DNA from: an uncultured virus (IMG/VR IMGVR_UViG_2061766007_002057)
Taxonomy: Duplodnaviria > Heunggongvirae > Uroviricota > Caudoviricetes
Length of the DNA stretch: 52,291 nucleotides
IMG/VR virus record: IMGVR_UViG_2061766007_002057
Direction: 5' to 3' (one strand)
The notes beneath the pieces are model-generated. The model was not told the DNA's origin and searched no databases. It saw only the letters and a list, made by a program, of their open reading frames with translations. The position numbers were made by a program, and so were the translations under genes. Shown here piece after piece: positions 28,665 to 38,761 of the stretch. Positions within the stretch are counted from its first letter, which is position 1. The number at the start of each line of letters is the position of its first letter.

Positions 28665-29374
28665 AAATAACCAGACTATCCGCTGCAGACCAACGGGAGC
28701 TCAATGNNNNNNNNNNNNNNNNNNATCCCGGCGGGTACATGAACACCTTGGCAACCACATGTATTGAACCGCTGCGTAAACTTTGCTCCCGCATTAACAA
28801 GGTACATATAAATATCGGCCAGTTCCTGGTCCGGTCATACCTGGATGCCTTGCATGGGGTTATCTTTATGCGTACCCATGGCCACATGGTTGGTGCCCCT
28901 GTTCTGGCTTATGATATTGACAGCAGCGGTAAAATAGATACGAGAGACACTGATGTTTGTGTCGGGTATTTTGTAACCAAGAAGTTTGGGGCGTTTCCCT
29001 GTATTGGATTCTCGGCTGACAATGTCCTGTCCAGCGGTTTGCCTGCTGTATACTTACTTGGCTACATGTCAGGCAGCAAGTTTACTATATCGTTCTTTTC
29101 CTACAAGGATATTGAGTACCTTAAGTATGTAGATTATCACAGTACTGTGCAGCACTTTACAGGTGTATTGACAGCTACGGGTAATTATGGTAACATACCT
29201 GATGCACACTATTGCTGCCCGAAAGGACTCAACCATCTTTGGCCAAAACCAGCGTTTATTTTGCCAGAAATAAAAGAAAAGGTTGATGCAGCCGTAGGAC
29301 TAGGAGGTTCCTATGAACAAGAAAGTAACGATATACCGGATTTGCTCTGTCCAATTACCAAAACTATGGATTAA
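28661..29374 (+). CDS. hypothetical protein
   Basis: AGGAGG RBS; ATGA overlap. Confidence 0.7.
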   Translation: MKITRLSAADQRELNXXXXXXXPGGYMNTLATTCIEPLRKLCSRINKVHINIGQFLVRSYLDALHGVIFMRTHGHMVGAPVLAYDIDSSGKIDTRDTDVCVGYFVTKKFGAFPCIGFSADNVLSSGLPAVYLLGYMSGSKFTISFFSYKDIEYLKYVDYHSTVQHFTGVLTATGNYGNIPDAHYCCPKGLNHLWPKPAFILPEIKEKVDAAVGLGGSYEQESNDIPDLLCPITKTMD

Positions 29375-29756
29375 CTCCCTGGGTGAGGTGGAAACTACGG
29401 CCCATCGTTTTATTGGGAAGTATCTTTCTTCTACTCTCGGTCTCACTGCTTGCTCGATATATCACCTGACAAACCACTGTTTTGGTAACGGTCGGCTACT
29501 CCGGTCAAGTATGGGCCCGGTCCACGAGGATGAGATCCACACCACCCTACCGGATAATATCTTTATCAGGTACCGATATTATCTGTCAGAGAACTTTATG
29601 TATATCTCTGCCTTTTTACCTACAAAGAGCAGAACCAGAAGGTTCTTTGCTGCGGACAATATGCTTTATGAAACATCCCCATGGGCAGACAGGGACGCCA
29701 CAGAAACCATTTCCAGGCTAATGACTATAGCAAAACAGTTAAGGGGGAAGAAATGA
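29313..29756 (+). CDS. hypothetical protein
   Basis: AGGAGG RBS. Confidence 0.65.
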   Translation: MNKKVTIYRICSVQLPKLWINSLGEVETTAHRFIGKYLSSTLGLTACSIYHLTNHCFGNGRLLRSSMGPVHEDEIHTTLPDNIFIRYRYYLSENFMYISAFLPTKSRTRRFFAADNMLYETSPWADRDATETISRLMTIAKQLRGKK

Positions 29757-30325
29757 GTATTCTTTTCAAACTACTTTTCACCCTGCACATACTTTCCGGC
29801 CAGGACTATATGACCATGCTGGAGTACCTAAATCTTTTTCTCCCCAGTGTTACTATATATAACCAAGGGGATAAACTCAAGATCTATAACTCCCATATTG
29901 TAAAACCGTCCATCACAATAGAAGCCTGTACTGACGTTGATGGGGATACAAGTGTCCATAGTTATACAATGGGCCATATCTATGCCTTTTCATTGGAGTA
30001 TGTGGCAGACTCAAGGGTCCTGGAGTACTCTATACTATACGGATCACCGGATAGCAGCGGCAGTGCCAGGGGCGTTATCATTGATCTGGAAAATAAGCTT
30101 GTCCAAACCCTATATAGACAAGAAACAGGGGAACAATCCACCAGTACCGTTATAGCCGGAATTCTGTACCATAAAGCCCTTAAATCGGAGCTTTGGCTAA
30201 GAAAGCAGCTAAACGGCCCTATGGGAACTTTTACCCTAGATACGGCCAGTCTTATATGGGACAAGGATAAAAGTCGCGTGAGCAAGATCCTGGACCCATC
30301 TGCGTTGATTTGTCAGCCCGTATAA
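29753..30325 (+). CDS. hypothetical protein (family with 30614, 31188, 31672, 32438)
   Basis: MSILFKLLFTLHILSGQDY; ATGA overlap. Confidence 0.65.
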   Translation: MSILFKLLFTLHILSGQDYMTMLEYLNLFLPSVTIYNQGDKLKIYNSHIVKPSITIEACTDVDGDTSVHSYTMGHIYAFSLEYVADSRVLEYSILYGSPDSSGSARGVIIDLENKLVQTLYRQETGEQSTSTVIAGILYHKALKSELWLRKQLNGPMGTFTLDTASLIWDKDKSRVSKILDPSALICQPV

Positions 30326-30394
30326 CTACCTCCAACTAATACGGGACCATGCCAGGGCCGGAACAACCCTCCTCCGGTCCTGGCCGATTTATAA

Positions 30395-30572
30395 GGCCAG
30401 GAGTCTGTACAAGTCAGGACCAACTACTATTAGGCCAGTAGTCTGTCTTTTTTTCAGTAGTGGTACTATTATTAGGCCAGAACTCTGTCCTGGCCGAGCC
30501 AGGCCCTATACATACGGCCAGAAGTCTGTCTTTTTATTACGTACACACATAGGACCAGGCCAGTATTCTGTC
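30395..30572 (+). repeat. five phased copies of GGCCAGnAnTCTGT(C)
   Basis: Starts at 30395, 30433, 30475, 30516, 30558 (periods 38, 42, 41, 42). Confidence 0.85.
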
Positions 30573-30613
30573 CTGGCTCGGTCATACCTTTCTTATTTTA
30601 CGGAGGTCTTTTT

Positions 30614-31081
30614 ATGAAGAACCCAGAGACTTTACTATTAAATTATGCACATATTTTATCCTGTTGTACATTGGGAAGATATCTATCCCTGTCTGACTTT
30701 GTATCTTGTATTGGGTCTGAACTTTTCTGTGCAGGTAATTTTAATATAGTTTACAAGAGCGCACCTACATATACAGTATATACAGTTACGACATTTAAAA
30801 AGGACATACACATATACTCCGACCCCAATGTTTTATCTGTACGAATCAGGCGTGGGATACTAACACCCAAAGACGTATTTATGTATCTGGGATATAATAG
30901 CATCAGATATGACTACTATTGGTTTGATCTGGCATTGAAGTATAAGAAACCCCTATATGATTTACTTACGGGTATAGTTAATGGGTCCGAGGCTATTATT
31001 CCCATACCCATGCCGATCTTTAATAGCCAGGTATGGCCGGAGCAGGGTGCAAAAGTTATAGTGCTCGGTCAGATTGTGTAA
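30614..31081 (+). CDS. hypothetical protein, clear paralog of 31672..32139
   Basis: LLLxY..L.CC.LGRY...SDF, IYS...SV, PLY.LL, PMPIFN shared. Confidence 0.8.
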   Translation: MKNPETLLLNYAHILSCCTLGRYLSLSDFVSCIGSELFCAGNFNIVYKSAPTYTVYTVTTFKKDIHIYSDPNVLSVRIRRGILTPKDVFMYLGYNSIRYDYYWFDLALKYKKPLYDLLTGIVNGSEAIIPIPMPIFNSQVWPEQGAKVIVLGQIV

Positions 31082-31187
31082 AGGCCAGGCCGGAACTCAA
31101 AAAATTAAGGCTAATTTTTGTGTTTTACCCTGAGAGCTTTTTACATTTTATCCTTATATTTTAAGGAAAATAGGAGAACCACATTTT

Positions 31188-31601
31188 ATGGAAAATTGGA
31201 AAAAATCCGCGATTCGTTTATACTATTTAGCACACTGCATGTCCAGCCGGGAGTATGTACCCTATGATACTTTCCTGGAGCTTGCCGGGGACAGGATTGA
31301 TGTGTCTAGGTACGATAAGAGTGAAATATACGGCCAGTCCTTTTGTATTACGGACAGGACCGCAAACCAGGTCAAGGTTATACTGTATAGGAGGAAGGTA
31401 GAGGTCTGTGGCTTCACCCCGTATCATGATAAACTGGGGAACTTCTACCCTATATGGAGCTTTGATGCGTATGCAGACCTGGCAGCCTTGCACTGCAAAG
31501 AGCCCTTTTCCAGGATAATATTCAAAATAGGGGAAGATGTTTTCAACTTATTGGACAAAAATGTCAAGACAAGAAGTGTCATTTACCTATCTAAAAAATA
31601 A
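31188..31601 (+). CDS. hypothetical protein
   Basis: AGGAG upstream; weak N-terminal similarity to flanking paralogs. Confidence 0.7.
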   Translation: MENWKKSAIRLYYLAHCMSSREYVPYDTFLELAGDRIDVSRYDKSEIYGQSFCITDRTANQVKVILYRRKVEVCGFTPYHDKLGNFYPIWSFDAYADLAALHCKEPFSRIIFKIGEDVFNLLDKNVKTRSVIYLSKK

Positions 31602-31671
31602 TGTGTTTTACCCCTATGACTTTTGACATTTTATGCTTAAAATATAAGGATAATTTGGGGGAGGACTTTTT

Positions 31672-32139
31672 ATGAAAAATAATGAGATTTTACTGCTAAA
31701 ATATGTATATGCCCTAACTTGTTGTGCATTGGGAAGATATATAGCTATGTCAGATTTCATAGAGGCAATGGGACTAGGGCTTATCTGTACAAGCGACTTT
31801 GCAGAATCTATAGGATTTAAGAATACAACACTCACCTATTGTATAACAAATTCCTATAGAACTGTCTATATATACTCTACCATGGATTCTATATCTGTCC
31901 AGGTCCGGCCAGGCGCAATTCTTTGTAATGATTCTTATATAGGTATGGGAAAAGATAAAACCGCTAACTCCTATTGGAATACTATAGCAAGTAAGTATAC
32001 ACAACCACTATATACTCTACTCTTAAATACTATTACTATGGATGTCCCTATCCTTTCCTTACCTATGCCTATCTTTAATAAGAAGTGTGAGTTTAGGGAA
32101 GAGAAGTATATAGGCCTGGCCAGGCCATACCACTTGTAA
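31672..32139 (+). CDS. hypothetical protein, paralog of 30614..31081
   Basis: GGAGG RBS; shared motifs. Confidence 0.8.
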   Translation: MKNNEILLLKYVYALTCCALGRYIAMSDFIEAMGLGLICTSDFAESIGFKNTTLTYCITNSYRTVYIYSTMDSISVQVRPGAILCNDSYIGMGKDKTANSYWNTIASKYTQPLYTLLLNTITMDVPILSLPMPIFNKKCEFREEKYIGLARPYHL

Positions 32140-32437
32140 GAGTGGTATGGNNNNNNNNNNNNNNNNNNNNNNNNNNNNNNNNNNNNNNNNNNNNNNNNNN
32201 NNNNNNNNNNNNNNNNNNNNNNNNNNNNNNNNNNNNNNNNNNNNNNNNNNNNNNNNNNNNNNNNNNNNNNNNNNNNNNNNNNNNNNNNNNNNNNNNNNNN
32301 NNNNNNNNNNNNNNNNNNNNNNNNNNNNNNNNNNNNNNNNNNNNNNNNNNNNNNNNNNNNNNNNNNNNNNNNNNNNNNNNNNNNNNNNNNNNNNNTATAT
32401 TTGTTATAAGATTTTAATATACAAGGGGGAAATAAAT

Positions 32438-33450
32438 ATGTCTTGTTTGGATAATAAAGAAATTAAGAAACTTATTGTTAAATTGTTATATAGTGCTTTT
32501 AATATATCGGGTAATGATGAGTTAAGATATGCTCCATTATCCTATATGGTTGATTTAGATGATAATGTTGCATTTCTTAGGGGTCCTTATTTAGATATTG
32601 CATNNNNNNNNNNNNNNNNNNNNNNNNNNNNAATGGGTTTATTATTGAAAGTTCTTTGTACTATACAAAAGTGTTTATATATTCAAATAAATATAGTGTA
32701 ATGCCTAACATTGTTAGAGTGATTGCCCATGTTAAATATGATGAGAACTTGAAATTGAGATTTCATAACCCAAAGTTTGAGTTGTTTAGGGAGCCGTTTA
32801 TTAAAAACNNNNNNNNNNNNNNNNNNNCAAAGAATCGTATGGTAGGACCAATAAGGAACTTGACAAACAAAACGCAAAGGAGTATTTTGGGTATGGAATT
32901 AACAAAAACAAATCTGGGAAAGCAGATGAAAAAGCAAATTAAGAACGAAGTTTTAAGTATGACCCATGCAGTTTTTGATGGTATGAAAGAAAAAGTCAAA
33001 GGTACGCAGAGATTAAAGAAAGCAGACCGTATTAAGATAGGGTCAATACTTTACAAAATGTTCTATACCGTACGTAACCTTGCCATGAGTTGTGAAAGGT
33101 GCGGCAGTATGGAAATGCGGCCTTTTCAATACGGCGCAGTTGAAATATGGAAAAACAAAGACGGAGCTATAACGGTATCTTGTTATGATTTTAACTTTGC
33201 GATAGGTAAAGGTGTAAGGGAAATAGATTACACTTTGAACACTACGGAAGATCATAGGGGTTATAGTGTAGTTGCTTCATACAATAAACTGTACGCTTCG
33301 GCATATAACCACCATATCATACATAAAGCAGTANNNNNNNNNNNNNNNNNNNNNNNNNNNNNNNNNNNNNNNNTTATTAAAGCCGATAAAGACAAGACGA
33401 TGCTACCTATGGGAAGAACTTACGGGGATATATGGAGAACAGCAGATTAA
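32438..33450 (+). CDS. one or two hypothetical proteins interrupted by three gaps
   Basis: AGGGGG RBS at ATG 32438; open frames between gaps. Confidence 0.5.
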
Positions 33451-33869
33451 ATAAAGAAGTTACTACTTTGCTTATACAGATAATGAGTGTTGTGCAAATG
33501 CTTATGGATGTTTTACGGAATAGCAGTACTGTTAAACCAATTCCGTTAAAGTCGAGTTTNNNNNNNNNNNNNNNNNNNNNNNNNNNNNNNNNNNNNNNNN
33601 NNNNNNNNNNNNNNNNNNNNNNNNNNNNNNNNNNNNNNNNNNNNNNNNNNNNNNNNNNNNNNNNNNNNNNNNNNNNNNNNNNNNNNNNNNNNNNNNNNNG
33701 GTAAGAACGACAAAAATATAGTATATGAAGTAGCAAGAAAAATAGTACTGCGTAAGGCAAGAAAGATACGCAAACTACTCGGCACACTTGACCCGCTTGA
33801 GGAAAAATATATTGATTTTTCTTATGCAGACGAGTGTTGCTTTTTACATTAGAAACAAGGGGATAATAT

Positions 33870-34324
33870 ATGAAAAACAATACAATAACTAAAACTAATA
33901 TAGTGAAACATATTATTAAGATCATTAAGTATGTTTGCACTTTTCATAACCTAAATACAAGAAGAAATGCTAAAAAGTATAATGGGACAGATACTATTAT
34001 ACAAGTACAAAACTCAGGGGATCTTTGGATAAGAGATGATTGGTACGGGGATGCCGAAATAGATGATGGTAATGGCAATAAAGAGTTACCTATCATCATA
34101 ACAAATAATAAATTGCGTATTGAGTTTGTAAGGGATGAAGTTGTGTTTAAGTTGTTTTACGGTAACGGCAAACCCGTCCTTACAGAACGTATATCAAGGG
34201 TGGATGTTGCTTATTTTAATAAAGCCCTTGTAAAGATAACTGCAAAGCATATAGTAAACGAAGTTAACAAGTTATATACAAACATAACAAAAAACTACAA
34301 AGATCCTACAAAGAAAATAGGGGA
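33870..34324 (+). CDS. hypothetical protein, 3' end in a large gap
   Basis: AGGGG RBS; open for about 150 codons. Confidence 0.6.
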
Positions 34325-35624
34325 NNNNNNNNNNNNNNNNNNNNNNNNNNNNNNNNNNNNNNNNNNNNNNNNNNNNNNNNNNNNNNNNNNNNNNNNNNNN
34401 NNNNNNNNNNNNNNNNNNNNNNNNNNNNNNNNNNNNNNNNNNNNNNNNNNNNNNNNNNNNNNNNNNNNNNNNNNNNNNNNNNNNNNNNNNNNNNNNNNNN
34501 NNNNNNNNNNNNNNNNNNNNNNNNNNNNNNNNNNNNNNNNNNNNNNNNNNNNNNNNNNNNNNNNNNNNNNNNNNNNNNNNNNNNNNNNNNNNNNNNNNNN
34601 NNNNNNNNNNNNNNNNNNNNNNNNNNNNNNNNNNNNNNNNNNNNNNNNNNNNNNNNNNNNNNNNNNNNNNNNNNNNNNNNNNNNNNNNNNNNNNNNNNNN
34701 NNNNNNNNNNNNNNNNNNNNNNNNNNNNNNNNNNNNNNNNNNNNNNNNNNNNNNNNNNNNNNNNNNNNNNNNNNNNNNNNNNNNNNNNNNNNNNNNNNNN
34801 NNNNNNNNNNNNNNNNNNNNNNNNNNNNNNNNNNNNNNNNNNNNNNNNNNNNNNNNNNNNNNNNNNNNNNNNNNNNNNNNNNNNNNNNNNNNNNNNNNNN
34901 NNNNNNNNNNNNNNNNNNNNNNNNNNNNNNNNNNNNNNNNNNNNNNNNNNNNNNNNNNNNNNNNNNNNNNNNNNNNNNNNNNNNNNNNNNNNNNNNNNNN
35001 NNNNNNNNNNNNNNNNNNNNNNNNNNNNNNNNNNNNNNNNNNNNNNNNNNNNNNNNNNNNNNNNNNNNNNNNNNNNNNNNNNNNNNNNNNNNNNNNNNNN
35101 NNNNNNNNNNNNNNNNNNNNNNNNNNNNNNNNNNNNNNNNNNNNNNNNNNNNNNNNNNNNNNNNNNNNNNNNNNNNNNNNNNNNNNNNNNNNNNNNNNNN
35201 NNNNNNNNNNNNNNNNNNNNNNNNNNNNNNNNNNNNNNNNNNNNNNNNNNNNNNNNNNNNNNNNNNNNAGGAATATTTGAAGAAAAACTACAAGGGCAGT
35301 ATACCGAGTGGGTTTTTTTGCTATACGTATGCAATACACAAAATACTGTTTCCTTTGTTTGGAACAATTGGGTTTCTTATTAAACGTATTGAGGGAGTGA
35401 ACGACAGCGGAAACTTGTATGGCATAATACCCTTGGAANNNNNNNNNNNNNNNNNGTGACTTATTCTAAAGACAATACACTCGTTGTCCAAAAAGTGAAA
35501 CTTGCCGTTGATTTACTGCCTGGAACGTTTACACTTGACAATCTTCCGTTAAGACATTTACTACAAATACTTATGTCGTTAAGAAAATATGTTAAGTCTT
35601 CGATAAAACAGGAGCTGAAAGTAT

Positions 35625-36077
35625 ATGGAGATAATAAACTACACTGGCGCACTCTTAAAATTGATAGAGGACGTCAAGGGTCGGTTAAATAATTTCTGGC
35701 TCGGAGTGGACGATAATATGTTACGAGAGCAGGACTTCATGGAGTACGTCTTNNNNNNNNNNNNNNNNNNNNNNNNNNNNNNNNNNNNNNNNNNNNNNNT
35801 AACAAGAGATTTTTACATTGTACTGCCAAAGAATACAAAAAGATTTTCAAAATACCGAAATGTTCGTGTTTACGTTTCAACCGGGTTTGCTTCGTGTAAC
35901 TCACTAAAGGAAGTTATTAACTTCAACGGGCATCATAATACACTTGTAGTTATTGATGAGAACGGAGTAAAAGAGATTTTTGATAAGTTGAGCAGATACG
36001 AACTTGGGCTTGTTTACTTGGACTTATTGAGGTCGCTTACTTACTTATTGCTTGGAGGTTTTTATGAAAGTAAATGA
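35625..36077 (+). CDS. hypothetical protein (paralog of 36557..37051)
   Basis: IVLPKNTKRFSKY/IELPANSKHLSQY and DLLRSLTY/DIIRSLYY shared. Confidence 0.7.
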   Translation: MEIINYTGALLKLIEDVKGRLNNFWLGVDDNMLREQDFMEYVXXXXXXXXXXXXXXXXXTRDFYIVLPKNTKRFSKYRNVRVYVSTGFASCNSLKEVINFNGHHNTLVVIDENGVKEIFDKLSRYELGLVYLDLLRSLTYLLLGGFYESK

Positions 36078-36537
36078 AGCATTGCACATTATAGGCATTG
36101 AGTTGCTTTCGTTTGATATTGACCTAAAGTATAATAAAAGCAGAAAACCGTCGGAGAGGACACATACAAGAACGTTTCCGATTGATGACTTATTTCGGTT
36201 TGTGTATTATACTTTGGTTGCATATTGTAATAAGAAACTAAAGATTCCTTCACGTCGGGATATTGCACTTGATTCATCTCATTTCTGCATTAACCTTATT
36301 GACGGAAAGAATAAATATACAATATGGTTTGCCTGTGGGGTGACAACGGAGTACCTTGGTATTATGTTGGATAATAAACCATGGTATTTGTTAAAAGACT
36401 CTACTATGTTGGTCGTTGTAAGGAAGGTTGTTAAAATGCTTAGTAGACTACGAACGGATAAAAAACATACCAAAGTGTATAGAAAGGGAAGTACCGTTTG
36501 GTTGAAAAGTATTGACTCGGAAAAAACAATTAGTTAA
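36064..36537 (+). CDS. hypothetical protein
   Basis: GGAGG RBS. Confidence 0.7.
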   Translation: MKVNEALHIIGIELLSFDIDLKYNKSRKPSERTHTRTFPIDDLFRFVYYTLVAYCNKKLKIPSRRDIALDSSHFCINLIDGKNKYTIWFACGVTTEYLGIMLDNKPWYLLKDSTMLVVVRKVVKMLSRLRTDKKHTKVYRKGSTVWLKSIDSEKTIS

Positions 36538-36556
36538 AATATAACGGGAGGTAGCT

Positions 36557-37051
36557 ATGGAAAATTCGATTTACGCGATAGGTGATTACATCACCACCAT
36601 TATCTTATATATAACAAACCTAATAAACTATCAGCAACTCATTGAGAGTAATTACAATACCGAGGGTGAACAGACCATACTCAATGAGAAAAACTTCAGT
36701 TGGATAACGTCAAACTATAATGTTATCTGGTCAGAGCTTGGTGTACGGTTGGAAAGGGTACCCGGACTGGTCAGTATTGAGTTGCCGGCCAACTCAAAAC
36801 ACCTGTCGCAGTATACGAAGTATGAAATAATTAACACNNNNNNNNNNNNNNNNNNNNNAGGTGCTGACGGTGACATGTACTCGGTAAATATAGGGTATGA
36901 AAGCAGCCTTGTAATTGTCAAACTATACAACGATAATAACGAGGGTACAGACATATCGGAAGTATCTGATAAAGAAGCAGTTTATTTTATGCGGGATATT
37001 ATACGGTCGCTGTACTATGCTTTATTCTACATGAACGGATTGGGCAGATAG
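36557..37051 (+). CDS. hypothetical protein
   Basis: GGAGG RBS. Confidence 0.7.
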   Translation: MENSIYAIGDYITTIILYITNLINYQQLIESNYNTEGEQTILNEKNFSWITSNYNVIWSELGVRLERVPGLVSIELPANSKHLSQYTKYEIINXXXXXXXXGADGDMYSVNIGYESSLVIVKLYNDNNEGTDISEVSDKEAVYFMRDIIRSLYYALFYMNGLGR

Positions 37052-37052
37052 T

Positions 37053-37331
37053 ATGCGACTTATTGTAACCTTGGTTCCTGAGCTTGGCTTGATTGTTAGA
37101 AAAGAGTTTAATGATTTGCAAAAAGCAATTGACTTTTTTCTACAAGGCACAAGAAAAGTAAAGCGCAAAAAGTTATGGGGAGTAAGGATACAATTGATAT
37201 ATGATGACGGATCGGCCTGGCNNNNNNNNNNNNNNNNNNNNNNNNNNNNNNNNNNGGGGTTGGATGATTTACCTAAAGTAAATTTGTTAAAACTATCAAA
37301 AAAGAAAAAAACGCACCGAAAACAAACGTGA
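37053..37331 (+). CDS. hypothetical protein
   Basis: Packed ORF with a gap. Confidence 0.55.
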   Translation: MRLIVTLVPELGLIVRKEFNDLQKAIDFFLQGTRKVKRKKLWGVRIQLIYDDGSAWXXXXXXXXXXXXGLDDLPKVNLLKLSKKKKTHRKQT

Positions 37332-37377
37332 TTCAGGTGTCAATTTATAGGACTTTATTAGTGGATTGGAGGTAAGT

Positions 37378-37593
37378 ATGGGATTTTTAGCATTTATCGG
37401 CTTTATTTTTATTTTGTTACTCGGATTCTTTGCTTGTTATTGTGTAATTCAGTTTGTGTGTAACCCAACACCGGGAAACAATGCTTACTGCAGAGTAACA
37501 AACCGCGCAAAACGCGAGCTGGAGCAAAAAATGTACGGCTATATGCAAGGNNNNNNNNNNNNNNNNNNNNNNNNNNNNGCTTATAGGGGTTAG
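37378..37593 (+). CDS. small membrane protein
   Basis: GGAGG RBS; N-terminal hydrophobic helix. Confidence 0.65.
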   Translation: MGFLAFIGFIFILLLGFFACYCVIQFVCNPTPGNNAYCRVTNRAKRELEQKMYGYMQXXXXXXXXXXAYRG

Positions 37594-37602
37594 GAGTAAA
37601 TT

Positions 37603-38137
37603 ATGAGCGACAAAGAAATATCAAACATAATTAAGATTGTATTGCTTGGATTTTTTGCGTTTTGTGTACTTGCTATTTCGTTACACAGACCATGCAAAAG
37701 CTCAGTTAATAAAATCGAAATGGTACACAGACCGCAAGCAATCATGCCNNNNNNNNNNNNNNNNNNNNNNNNNNNNNNNNNNNNNNNNNNNNNNGTATTC
37801 CCCGGAAGGAGACGGTTTTAGTGTGGCAAAAATAAAGGGGGTTAAAATAACCGCTTATAATAATTTGCCTGATCAAACCAACAGTCAACCAAATATAGGA
37901 GCAAGTAACCGTAAAGTGTTTGAGGGGTCAATAGCCCTGTCAAGGGATATACTTGCAACTAACAGCGTAAGATACGGCGACCTTGCTTGTGTATTAAAGA
38001 CAAACANNNNNNNNNNNNNNNNNNNNNNNNNNNNNNNNNNCGAGTCAGGCTGGCGCGCAGACATATTTATGTACGATAAAAAAGAAGCAGTAAAGGTCAA
38101 TTTCAAGTCGGACCTTTTAATCATTAAACAATTATAA
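37603..38137 (+). CDS. membrane-anchored 3D-domain (lytic transglycosylase-like) protein, joined across gaps
   Basis: N-terminal TM segment; ITAYN...GAS...IALSRD...YGD...RADIFM. Confidence 0.7.
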
Positions 38138-38156
38138 ACATCACTGGGAGAACACT

Positions 38157-38693
38157 ATGAAAAACAAAAATGAATTCAATAAAGTAGTAGAAGAACTTAA
38201 TGTTTTGGCTGACAAGTATGAATTGGTAGAAAAAAAGGACACCGCCACGATGACCGTTTCGTTATTCAAAAACTGCGACGCTGTCGATTTACTTAATCTA
38301 AATGACTATGATGGTATGTACCGTAGATTAAAGTTTTTTGGTCTTGATAAAAAAGATAAAATAACAATGATTAGGTGGGAAACACTTGACTTATATGAGT
38401 ACTACGACTCTACCTCAAAAAGCATTGACGACGACTATGAAGAGGAGCATGGGACTTATTACGCAATGCACCCAGATGAGTACGGAAGAGAGAGTGAACA
38501 CATGTCCATTGTTACTACACCAAATGCAGTACTACTGTTTGAGCCGGAGGGTGAATTCGGTTTCTACTTATTAAACAACGGAACTACAGGGTTTATTTAT
38601 TATAATACACCAAATAATAAAAAAGAACAAGATAAGAAATATANNNNNNNNNNNNNNNNNNNNNNNNNNTGTTGCTATGTTAAAAGCTGGTAA
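38157..38693 (+). CDS. hypothetical protein
   Basis: GGAG RBS. Confidence 0.65.
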   Translation: MKNKNEFNKVVEELNVLADKYELVEKKDTATMTVSLFKNCDAVDLLNLNDYDGMYRRLKFFGLDKKDKITMIRWETLDLYEYYDSTSKSIDDDYEEEHGTYYAMHPDEYGRESEHMSIVTTPNAVLLFEPEGEFGFYLLNNGTTGFIYYNTPNNKKEQDKKYXXXXXXXXXCCYVKSW

Positions 38694-38761
38694 GTTTGAT
38701 AAAATAAAGGATCAGTCGTATTGTAGTATAGACTACGTATCTAAATAAAGGAGGTTATGCT

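Noticed and set aside
30395..30572. CRISPR array
   Set aside because: Repeats are only about 15 bp with two variable internal positions, linkers contain half-repeats, and no cas genes are present; kept as a binding-site array.
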